Of a stretch of 46,371 nucleotides of DNA, positions 9,600-18,106 are shown piece by piece (the first letter of the stretch is position 1; every line of letters starts with the position of its first letter). The stretch comes from Planctomycetota bacterium. Lineage in GTDB: Bacteria > Planctomycetota > UBA11346. The DNA is taken from assembly GCA_038231435.1 (NCBI GenBank), contig JBBRLJ010000040.1, positions 1 to 46,371 of the forward strand. The letters are read 5' to 3'. Under the pieces are notes generated by a model. It made no database searches. It was not told the DNA's origin and saw only the letters and a list, made by a program, of their open reading frames with translations. The position numbers and the translations under genes were made by a program.

Positions 9600-10551
9600 C
9601 GTCCGCCATGAGGATGCGCAGCACCGCCTTCTGGGCGTGCAGGCGGTTCTCCGCCTGGTCGAAGATGATCGAGCGCTGATGTTCGACGGCGCCGTCGGTG
9701 ATCTCCTCGCCGCGATGGGCGGGAAGGCAGTGCATGATGCGCGCGTCAGGCCGCGCCATCGCGAGCAGGCGCTCGTCGATCTGATAACCCTGGAAGGCCT
9801 TGAGCCGGCGTTCGCGCTCGGCCTCTTGGCCCATGCTCGTCCATACGTCGGTGTAGAGCACGTGGGCTCCGGCTGCGGCCGCGGCAGGATCGTTGGATTC
9901 GCTGACCTGGGCCCCCCACGCCGATCCCAGTTGCGCGCGGTCGGCCTCGGTGAAGCCGTAGCCCACTGGGCACGCCAGCACGAAGCTGGAGCCGCCGAGC
10001 ACGCAGGCGCGCGCGAGGCTGCGGCAGACGTTGTTGGCGTCGCCGACGAACACCACCGTGAGCCCGGCAATGGTGCCGAAGTGTTCGCGGATGGTCAGGA
10101 AATCGGCCAGCGCCTGGCAGGGATGGAAGCGGTCGCACAGACCGTTGATCACCGGCACCCCCGCGTCGCGGGCGAGATCGAGGATGGTCTGGTGCTTGAA
10201 CACCCGCGCCATGATGCCTTGGACGTAGCGGCCCAACACGCGGGCGACGTCGCGAGCCGGCTCGCGTGAGCCGATGCCGACCTCCTCGCCGCGCACATAC
10301 AGCGAACTGCCCCCAAGCTCGGACATCGCCACCTCGAAGGACAGGCGGGTGCGCAGGCTCGGCTTCTCGAACAGCATCGCCAGATGCTTGCCAGAGAAGA
10401 CGTGCTCGGTGATGCCCTGGGCACGGCGGTGCTTGAGGTAGATCGAGACCGCGAGCAGATCCTCGAACTCACGCGGCGAGAGGTCGTCGAGCGAGATGAA
10501 GTGGCTCATGGCGGATGGGGATTCGGGCGCTGAGGCCGGGACGGTCTTCAT
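9562..10551 (-). CDS. argF: Ornithine carbamoyltransferase
   Basis: FEKPSLRTRLSF, HPCQALAD, YTDVWTSMGQE, HCLPAHRGEE, QAENRLH; alternative start 10509. Confidence 0.95.
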   Translation of the reverse strand: MKTVPASAPESPSAMSHFISLDDLSPREFEDLLAVSIYLKHRRAQGITEHVFSGKHLAMLFEKPSLRTRLSFEVAMSELGGSSLYVRGEEVGIGSREPARDVARVLGRYVQGIMARVFKHQTILDLARDAGVPVINGLCDRFHPCQALADFLTIREHFGTIAGLTVVFVGDANNVCRSLARACVLGGSSFVLACPVGYGFTEADRAQLGSAWGAQVSESNDPAAAAAGAHVLYTDVWTSMGQEAERERRLKAFQGYQIDERLLAMARPDARIMHCLPAHRGEEITDGAVEHQRSIIFDQAENRLHAQKAVLRILMADDAAAVIAAARSV

Positions 10552-10628
10552 GTGGGTTTCGGCAGGTCTTCTGGAGTTCTTCTGGACAATATTATGCAAA
10601 AAACAGCGGGCGAGGAGTCAGCGCGGCA

Positions 10629-11510
10629 TCACCGCGCAGGCGTGATCGCCGTCGGAGAGGCGAGACGCAGCTCGGTGCCGATGCCTTCGGCGGTGAAGAT
10701 CTCGAGCAGCAGCGCGTGCGCCATGCCGGCCTCGACGATATGGATCTTGCGCACGCCGGCCTCGAGCGCGCCGATGCAGCTCTCGACCTTCGGGATCATG
10801 CCGTCGCGGATCACGCCCTTAGCGATCAGCTCGCGCACCTCGCGATCGGTCAGGCTCGACAGCCGCGATGCCGGATCCTTGGGATCGGCGAGCACGCCCG
10901 GCACGTTCGAGCAGAACACCAGCTTCTCGGCCGAGATCCCGGTGGCCACCGCCAGCGCGATGTCGTCGGCGTTGGTGTTCAGCACCCGGCCTTGCGCATC
11001 CACCGACAGTGGCGGCACCACGGCGATCAGGCCGCGCGACGCGAAACGGGTGAGCAGCTCGCGATCGACCACGGTCGGCCTGCCGACTAGGCCGAGCGCG
11101 GGATCGAGCACCTCGCCGGCGACCAGGCCGAAGCGTGGCGGGCACATGCCGAGCGCCGAGCCGCCGAGCGCGAAGATGCGGTCGACGATATGCGCGTTCA
11201 GGCGTTCGGCCTCGCGCGCCATGATGACGATCGACTTCTCGTCGGTGACGCGCCGGCCGCCGACGAACCTGGACGCGATGCCGGCCTCGTCGAGCGCACG
11301 GGTGATCGAGGTGCCGCCGCCGTGCACCAGGATGGGACGCACCCCGACCTGCTCCAGCCACACCAGGTCGGTGAGCAGGGAATCGAGCACGGCCGGATCC
11401 TCGATGCGCTCGCCGCCCAGCTTCACCACCATGTACTGGTGGTGGAAACGCTTGAGGAACGGCAGGGCCTCGATCAGGACCTTGGCTTTGCGGGTGGCTT
11501 CATCGACCAC
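10629..11510 (-). CDS. argB: Acetylglutamate kinase
   Basis: LIEALPF, VVKLGG, VHGGG, FVGGRRVTD, NTNAD, GMIPKV, HALLLEIFT..GIGT; GTG start after GGAGG. Confidence 0.95.
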   Translation of the reverse strand: MVDEATRKAKVLIEALPFLKRFHHQYMVVKLGGERIEDPAVLDSLLTDLVWLEQVGVRPILVHGGGTSITRALDEAGIASRFVGGRRVTDEKSIVIMAREAERLNAHIVDRIFALGGSALGMCPPRFGLVAGEVLDPALGLVGRPTVVDRELLTRFASRGLIAVVPPLSVDAQGRVLNTNADDIALAVATGISAEKLVFCSNVPGVLADPKDPASRLSSLTDREVRELIAKGVIRDGMIPKVESCIGALEAGVRKIHIVEAGMAHALLLEIFTAEGIGTELRLASPTAITPAR

Positions 11511-11673
11511 ACCACCTCCGGAAGTGACGGAAGGGGAAAAATGCAAGGAGGAGACTCTAGCGGGTTGACGCTATTGTCGAGGGGATAGCAGACGAAAGGC
11601 CAGGCTTCGCCCGACTGGCAGCGGCTCGGCCTGGGTCGGCCTGGGTCGGCCGAAGCAGGTCGGCCGAAGATGG

Positions 11674-12858
11674 TCAGCCGAAAATGAAGGCGTGCAGCTG
11701 GGGCCCCCAGATCAGCACCAGCAGCGCTCCCACCGCCAGGTATGGCCCGAACGGGATCTCGCGACGAGCGCTCACCAGGCGCATGGGGATGCCGACCAGC
11801 GAGCCGATCACCGCGGCGGCGAAGAAGGCGTACGCGACGCCGATGGGGCCGAGGAAGCAGCCGATCGGCGCGAGGAACTTCACGTCGCCGAAACCCATGG
11901 CGTTGCGGCGGAACACCACGGTGCCGATCAGGCCGACCAGGTAGAGCGACATCCATCCAGCGAGCCCGCCCAGGACCGCCTGCGCCAGGCCGACCGCCAG
12001 CATCCACGGCCAGCCACCCGTGCCCAGCATCACCAGCAGGGTGACCGCGACGCTGGCCGGAACCATCGAAGCGATGAACCACACGACGCCGAGCGCGAAT
12101 CCGCGGTGATCCTTCTCGTCCCAGCGCGCCGCCTTGGGAACGAAGCGCGTGTAGATGACCCGCGCCAGGGGCAGGGTCAGCGCGAGCAGGACGAGCGAGC
12201 CGAGAACCACCCCCAGGAAGCACGCGACGAAGTGGTGCGGCGTGTATTGCTTCTGGCCATCCGGCCCATGGCCGAGCAGCCACAGCACGCTGGTCCAGCC
12301 GATGGCCAAGTTGTTGACGCACAGCGCGCCAAGAAACGGCGCCGCCACCTGGAAGCTCTTGGTCAGCTCGTCGGGGATGATCATGTGGTCGAGATCGGTG
12401 AATACCGACACCACCAGGAAGTACACCAGGGCGAGCAGCGCGCCCGCCGCCAGCGCCAGAGCCACGTGCTGATCCAGACCCGCGCCGATGGTCCAGGGAG
12501 CCCACCAGGGGATCGCCCGGTGCAACGACCACGCCGGCACCGGATCGAAGACCAGCCAGACAATGCTGGCGGTGAGCAGCCCGACCAACGCTTCGATGGC
12601 GAGATAGCGCGCGCTGAACGGCGCGTCGCACCACCGGCAACGCCCGCGTAGCACCAGCCAGCTGACCAGCGGCAGGTTGTCGTACCATTGGACGTGGGTG
12701 CCGCACGAGTAGCAGCGGCTTGGCGGTAGCACCACGCTCTCGTTGCGCGGCAGGCGGTGGATGCAGACGTTCAGGAACGACCCGACGAATGACCCCAGCA
12801 GGAAAGCGAACACCAGCGCGAGCATGACCAGTTGTCGCCGTGCCCAAGGCGGGCGCAA
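11674..12858 (-). CDS. pilD: Prepilin peptidase / N-methyltransferase (peptidase A24A, PilD-like)
   Basis: GSFLNVCIHRLP, two CxxC motifs, WYDNLPLVSWL.LRGRC, DLDHMIIPD, MGFGDVK, IPFGPYL; alternative start 12825. Confidence 0.85.
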   Translation of the reverse strand: MRPPWARRQLVMLALVFAFLLGSFVGSFLNVCIHRLPRNESVVLPPSRCYSCGTHVQWYDNLPLVSWLVLRGRCRWCDAPFSARYLAIEALVGLLTASIVWLVFDPVPAWSLHRAIPWWAPWTIGAGLDQHVALALAAGALLALVYFLVVSVFTDLDHMIIPDELTKSFQVAAPFLGALCVNNLAIGWTSVLWLLGHGPDGQKQYTPHHFVACFLGVVLGSLVLLALTLPLARVIYTRFVPKAARWDEKDHRGFALGVVWFIASMVPASVAVTLLVMLGTGGWPWMLAVGLAQAVLGGLAGWMSLYLVGLIGTVVFRRNAMGFGDVKFLAPIGCFLGPIGVAYAFFAAAVIGSLVGIPMRLVSARREIPFGPYLAVGALLVLIWGPQLHAFIFG

Positions 12859-12941
12859 TGGCCGTGGATCGGGGGAGGCGGTGAGCTACTGCGAAAGGCG
12901 GATGGCGGCACGTCCCATGGAAGATGGACGACGCCCGGCAA

Positions 12942-13502
12942 TCACGGTGGCGGGAGACTGGGCTGACCACCCGAAGCCTGAGCGCGCAGCGCCTGGGGCA
13001 GCAGCCTGCCCCAGTACGCGTCGTACGGGTGGACGGTGGTGGCCCTGGCTCCCGCGGCGTCCTCCATGGGCAAGCCCGCGGCGGCCCACGCGAAGATCCC
13101 GCCATCGATGTCCACGACCTCGCGCCCGGTGGCGCCGAGCCGGCGCGCGAGCGCGCTCGAACGCGACCCGACCGCGCAGTAGGTGACGATGGGGCCCGCG
13201 GGAAGCCCCGCCGGCGGAGGCGCGCCCGGGTCGATGCGAATCGCCCCGCGCAGATGGCTGACCGCGAACTCGGCCTCGCTGCGCACGTCCAGGAGCGCCG
13301 GCACGATGCCACGTTCTCCGGACAAGCGCTTGGCGATGACCAGGGGCGGCTCCCTGCACACGTCTGGATAGGCGCGCGCGAGCTGCTCGCGCAGCGATGT
13401 CCAGTTCGGCTCGGGGGCGAACACGCGCAAACCCGCCACGATCAGCACGAACGTGGCCACCACCGCCGCGATAGCCGTGCCTCGCGCGCGACCGCGGCTC
13501 AC
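12942..13502 (-). CDS. Membrane-anchored rhodanese-like domain protein
   Basis: N-terminal hydrophobic helix; LLDVRSEAEFAVSHLRGA, YCAVGSRS, GGIFAW. Confidence 0.85.
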   Translation of the reverse strand: MSRGRARGTAIAAVVATFVLIVAGLRVFAPEPNWTSLREQLARAYPDVCREPPLVIAKRLSGERGIVPALLDVRSEAEFAVSHLRGAIRIDPGAPPPAGLPAGPIVTYCAVGSRSSALARRLGATGREVVDIDGGIFAWAAAGLPMEDAAGARATTVHPYDAYWGRLLPQALRAQASGGQPSLPPP

Positions 13503-16500
13503 GCCGCGCCCGCGCGGATCCGCCGCCGCAGGGCTTCGATCGCCAGCGCCTGGTCCTGCAGATCAGCGCCGAGCCCGAGCTCCGGGAATCCAGCGATCGC
13601 CGCATCGAGCTCGGCGAACAGGCGCTTGCGCCGCTCGATCGGCGCGCGCTCGGCGATCGGCCGCATCTCGATCAGCTCCTGGCGCATGCCGGCGCAACGC
13701 GAACGCTCGGAGGACACCGCCTCGCCGATCGACGCGAGTCCTTCGCGCAGCTCGCCTTCGGCATAGGCGGCGCCGCGCGCAGCCCCGAGAGAACACAGGG
13801 CGAGCACGCACTCCTCGAGTCTGCCCGCGCACTCGCGCGCGCGCCGCGCGAGGCCGAGCGCCATCACCCAGCGCGCGGCGTCCCCCGGCATCGCCTCGTC
13901 CCACGCACCCACCAGCGCCTGCGCGCGTTCGGCGGCGCGGCGCGCGTCCTCGGGCCGCGTCCCAGCCTCATCGAGCAGGCGCTGCTGCCCTTCGAGGTAG
14001 GAGTCCACCCGCGACGCGGCAGACCACGGCAGGCGCAGCGGCCATCCTGGACGCAGCAATCGCTCGCAGGTCTCGGCGGCGGCGCGCACCGCGATCACCG
14101 CAGCGAGCGACTTCGCCCCCTGCTTGAGGCGTTTGCGCAGCGGCTCGAGCCGGTCGGCGACGCGGGCGAGCAGCGCGTCGAAGCCTGGCGCTGCCGCATC
14201 CAGCGCCGATCGCGCGCGCGCGGACAGGTCGTTCCACGTCGGCTCGTCGACGATCCGCGCGCGCGCCACCGACATCAGCACCGACACCCCAAGCTGCCGC
14301 CGCAGGAGTCCATGGCGCGAGCCGGTGAGCGCCTCGACGCGCGCGGCCAGCGCGGCTGGGGCGGGAGCCAGGGCGAGGCCTTCGAGCCGCTCGGCGAACG
14401 CAGCCTCGAGCAGCGCATCGAGGCCATCGTCGTGCCACGACGACGCCGCCTCGGCGCTGGCGTACACCGCGCGGCGCGCGGCGACGCGCCCCTGCTCGTC
14501 GCGCGCGCGCGCAAGCGCGACATGGGCGTTGACGCCGTGCAGCGATACCATTCCGGGCAGCTCCCCTGGCCAGCCGCCTCCGCCGACGGTGTCCCAGCGC
14601 GCACGCAGCGCCGCGAGCCGATCCCCCTGCGTCTGCGCGTGCGCGGCCAGGAACACCGGATCGCGACCTTCGTACAACACGCCGCCGACGGAATCGCGGA
14701 TGCGGAAGCGCAGCCGGCAGTGGGGTGGGAGCGCGAGCGGATCCAGCGGCGGGAGCTTGACCGAGAAACGCTCGTGGACCACATCGCGCAGCGCGTCGCC
14801 AAGCGGGCCGACAGCGTCGTTCCCGACCCTGTTGCGCAGCTGGACGGCGAGCGCGCGCGCGGACTCGGCGAGCGGGATCAGGGCGCGGCGCACGTCCTTC
14901 GGCGCCAGCTGCAGATAGGCCGCGACGATCTCGTCGATCCAGCCCGGGATCGCCCACTCCAGGCGCGCGGTATCGATGCGCGGCACCTCGTGCTCGCGCG
15001 CCTCCAGCGTCGCGCCGTCGCGCTCGTCGCCGGGCGCGAATAGGTAGTGCAGTACGAAGCGCGCACCACCCATGGCCAGCTCCTCTGGAAAACCGTCGTC
15101 GGCCCGTGCTGCGGCCTCTGGTGGCACCAGATCGGCGAGGCGCATGCGCAGGGCGTCCTCACCATGCTCGCGCAGCCAGCGGCCGAGCGCGTCCGTAGAG
15201 GCGATGACTGGCGCGCCCGCAACACCGAGACCCAGCTTCTCACGGTAGCAGCGCTCGAAGGCGGCTTCGTCGACCCACAAAGCCGGATCGCGCAGACGAT
15301 GGCGCAGACGCGCCGCGCGCTCGAACAGCTCGTGGTTGCCAGCAACCACCGCGAAGGCACGGTCGCGCCCGAGATCCTGCGCCCCCTCTGCCGAGCACAG
15401 CGCCTCGCGCACGAACACCGCCGTGGCGTCGACCGGATCGACGCGCTCGTATGGCACCGGGCGGCCATCGCGCACCGGCAATCCCTTCCAGGTGACGGTC
15501 TCGGTGCACACCACCTGGCGCCGGCGCGGATTCCAGCGCGGATCGCGATGGCGGCGCTTGACGCGGTCGCCGGCGATCGACACCACCCATTCGGGATCGA
15601 TCGGCGCGCACAGCCGCGCGAACAGCCGGCTGGTCTCCACCACTTCGCACGCCACCAGCCACGGGGGGACGGGCGGACCACGCTTGCCGACTTGTTGATC
15701 CTTGGCCGCGCCAGGCCTCGCCGCGCGCTCGTCGTTCTTCCCCAACCTCAGGGCGCTTCCGGGATGGACGTGCATGATGCGATCCCCGGCGCCGCGGTAG
15801 GCCTTCTTCTCGCGGTCGTACATCAGCACGTTGCCGATCATGCCCGCGAGCACCGCGCGGTGCACGCGATCGAGCGGCCAACGCTCGGGCTCGTGCCCGG
15901 CGGCTGGGATCTTGCCGGCGTGCACGCGCGATTCCCGCAAACTGCGCCACAGCTGATGGCGCACGTCGGCCCATTCACGCATGCGCCGGAAACCGAGGAA
16001 CGACGCCGTGCACAACCGGGACCGCGCCGAGTTGGATGGCGCCGCCTGGTATAGGTCCCACAGGCGCAGCACGGTGGCGAGATCGCCTGCCTCATGGGCC
16101 AGCTGTGCATGCGCGGCATCGGCCTTCGCCTCCTGCCCGAGCGGACGCACGCGCGGATCCTGCACCGACAGGAATGCCGAGATGGTACAGGCCTCGTGCG
16201 CCACGCCTTCATCGACGCCCGCGAGCAGGATGCGCCCGACCTGCGGATCGGCGGGGATCGCGGCCAGGGCGCGGCCCAATTTCGACAAGCCGGCGTGCGG
16301 TAGGCGATCCGGGATGTGCGGCGTGCGGGGTGCGGCGTGCGGCGAGGACTTCTCGTTGGATACGTCCGTCAGCGCGCCGAGTTCATCCAACAGCACTCTC
16401 GCCTGCTGCCAGGCGTGCGGAGAGGGCGCGTCGAGCCACGGGAAATCCTCGGGTTCGCCCAGGCCCATCGCCAGGCACGACAGCGCCACGCCGGCGAGGT

Positions 16501-17833
16501 TCGAGCGCAGGATCTCGGGGGTGGTGAAGGGATCGCGTTTGGCAAAATCGTCTTCCGGGAACAGCCGCACGCACACGCCTGCCTGTACGCGTCCGGCGCG
16601 GCCGGCGCGCTGCAGGCAGCTCGCCTGCGACACCGGCTCGATCGGCAGGCGCTCGGTGCGGGTCGAGGCCTGGTAGCGCTTCACGCGCGCCAGCCCGGCA
16701 TCGACGACATAGCCGATGCCGGGAATGGTCAGCGAGGTCTCGGCGATGTTGGTGGCGAGCACGATCTTGCGGCCACGCGCGGGCGCGAAGACGCGCTGCT
16801 GCTCACCGGCGCTGAGCCTGCCGAAAAGCCCGAGCACGGTCGCGCCATGCAGCTCGCTCAACCGCCGCGAGGCCTCGATGATGTCGCGCTCGGTGGGCAG
16901 GAAGCACAGCACGTCCCCCGGGCCACCCTCGCGGTGGATGTCTTCGACCGCCTGCACCACGGCGCCCTGGTAGCCGACGTCCTCGTCGTCGGGCGCGCGG
17001 TAGCGGATCTCGACCGGGAAGGTGCGGCCCGAGACCGCGACGATCGGCGCCGGCGATCCGCCGCTGGCGAAATACGCCGCGAAGCGCTCAGCCTCGATCG
17101 AGGCCGACGATACGGCAACCACCAGTTCGGGCCGCCGCTCGCGTAACCGGCGCACCATGCCGAGCAGCAAATCGATGTTGAGGCTGCGCTCGTGCGCCTC
17201 GTCGATGATGATCGCCTCGTAGCGCGCGAGCAGACGGTCGTTCGCCGCCTCGGCGAGCAGCAGCCCGTCGGTCATCACCCGCAGCAGGGTGTCGGCACCG
17301 GCGCGGTCGTCGAAGCGCACGCTGTGGGCTACCACGCCCTCGGCCGCGGCGGTCTCAGAGCGGATGCGCGCGGACATCGCGTACGCCGCCACGCGGCGTG
17401 GCTGGGTGAGCGCGATCATGCCGCGGCGGCCGTAGCCGGCCTCGAGCAGCATCTTCGGCAGCTGGGTGGTCTTGCCGGATCCGGTCTCGCCGGTGAGCAC
17501 GAATACGCCGCGGGAGCGGATCAGATCGAGGATGGGCGCGCGATGCGCGGACACCGGCAGGGCCTCGGGATACTCGAGGACCAGCGGCAGCGCACCCCTG
17601 CGCGCCGCTTCCGCGCAGCTGGTCTCGACGCGAGCGGCGACAGCGGCCAGTTCGCGATCGATGGGGGCGCCTCGGGCGAGGCGTTCCGCGGCGGCTGTAA
17701 GACGGTGCTCGGCCCACAAGCGGTCGGGCACCATGCAGGCGGCGAGCCGGGCGCCGAGTTCGGCTACGGTATGGCTAGGTGGCGGCGACGCCTGCCCAGA
17801 GGGCGGAGAAGAAGCTGGCGATGAGTCGCTCAT
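13499..17833 (-). CDS. hrpA: ATP-dependent DEAH-box RNA helicase HrpA
   Basis: GETGSGKTTQLPK, TQPRRVAA, IIDEAHERSLNID, ATNIAETSLTIPG, QRAGRAGR; HrpA-like C-terminal region (YLFAPGDERDGATL). Confidence 0.9.
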   Translation of the reverse strand: MSDSSPASSPPSGQASPPPSHTVAELGARLAACMVPDRLWAEHRLTAAAERLARGAPIDRELAAVAARVETSCAEAARRGALPLVLEYPEALPVSAHRAPILDLIRSRGVFVLTGETGSGKTTQLPKMLLEAGYGRRGMIALTQPRRVAAYAMSARIRSETAAAEGVVAHSVRFDDRAGADTLLRVMTDGLLLAEAANDRLLARYEAIIIDEAHERSLNIDLLLGMVRRLRERRPELVVAVSSASIEAERFAAYFASGGSPAPIVAVSGRTFPVEIRYRAPDDEDVGYQGAVVQAVEDIHREGGPGDVLCFLPTERDIIEASRRLSELHGATVLGLFGRLSAGEQQRVFAPARGRKIVLATNIAETSLTIPGIGYVVDAGLARVKRYQASTRTERLPIEPVSQASCLQRAGRAGRVQAGVCVRLFPEDDFAKRDPFTTPEILRSNLAGVALSCLAMGLGEPEDFPWLDAPSPHAWQQARVLLDELGALTDVSNEKSSPHAAPRTPHIPDRLPHAGLSKLGRALAAIPADPQVGRILLAGVDEGVAHEACTISAFLSVQDPRVRPLGQEAKADAAHAQLAHEAGDLATVLRLWDLYQAAPSNSARSRLCTASFLGFRRMREWADVRHQLWRSLRESRVHAGKIPAAGHEPERWPLDRVHRAVLAGMIGNVLMYDREKKAYRGAGDRIMHVHPGSALRLGKNDERAARPGAAKDQQVGKRGPPVPPWLVACEVVETSRLFARLCAPIDPEWVVSIAGDRVKRRHRDPRWNPRRRQVVCTETVTWKGLPVRDGRPVPYERVDPVDATAVFVREALCSAEGAQDLGRDRAFAVVAGNHELFERAARLRHRLRDPALWVDEAAFERCYREKLGLGVAGAPVIASTDALGRWLREHGEDALRMRLADLVPPEAAARADDGFPEELAMGGARFVLHYLFAPGDERDGATLEAREHEVPRIDTARLEWAIPGWIDEIVAAYLQLAPKDVRRALIPLAESARALAVQLRNRVGNDAVGPLGDALRDVVHERFSVKLPPLDPLALPPHCRLRFRIRDSVGGVLYEGRDPVFLAAHAQTQGDRLAALRARWDTVGGGGWPGELPGMVSLHGVNAHVALARARDEQGRVAARRAVYASAEAASSWHDDGLDALLEAAFAERLEGLALAPAPAALAARVEALTGSRHGLLRRQLGVSVLMSVARARIVDEPTWNDLSARARSALDAAAPGFDALLARVADRLEPLRKRLKQGAKSLAAVIAVRAAAETCERLLRPGWPLRLPWSAASRVDSYLEGQQRLLDEAGTRPEDARRAAERAQALVGAWDEAMPGDAARWVMALGLARRARECAGRLEECVLALCSLGAARGAAYAEGELREGLASIGEAVSSERSRCAGMRQELIEMRPIAERAPIERRKRLFAELDAAIAGFPELGLGADLQDQALAIEALRRRIRAGAA

Positions 17834-17964
17834 GCGGGAGACGGAGCATAGGGCGATTCCGCGCTATGCACTCGGCCCGCAGCGCGCCGGGGAGGAACCA
17901 CTAGTCTGGAACATGGTCGGGAAATTGGCTGGATCCGTCAGCTGCGATATCTATCGTCCCGCGC

Positions 17965-18015
17965 ATGCCGACCGTCGCCGCCATCGCGTATTACCGTCCA
18001 TACCGCTTCGACTAG
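17965..18015 (+). CDS. Putative tyrS leader (attenuator) peptide MPTVAAIAYYRPYRFD
   Basis: 16-codon ORF with TAT-TAC and a third TAC directly upstream of the terminator and tyrS; not in the ORF track (too short). Confidence 0.75.
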   Translation: MPTVAAIAYYRPYRFD

Positions 18016-18073
18016 GGGTCCGGCGAACGCATCGCGCACGCACCCCTGGTACCCGCCAGGGGTTTTTCGTTTC
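18012..18073 (+). promoter_or_regulatory. Transcription attenuator (terminator/antiterminator) of tyrS
   Basis: Terminator ACCCCTGG-TACCCG-CCAGGGGT + TTTTCGTTT (18042-18072); alternative pairing CTAGGGGT (18012-18019) with ACCCCTGG (18042-18049). Confidence 0.75.
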
Positions 18074-18106
18074 ACCCACTTCCGCACGCATCGCCACCGG
18101 ACCCAC

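Noticed and set aside
11511..11673. Arg-rich leader peptide upstream of argB
   Set aside because: No ATG-initiated short ORF with Arg runs and no convincing terminator found.
18040..18060. T-box riboswitch (TGGTACC at 18047-18053 matches UGGNACC)
   Set aside because: The motif lies inside the terminator hairpin, lacks the flanking GGG..GCG context, and no Stem I or specifier loop is visible in the short leader. The uORF model fits better.
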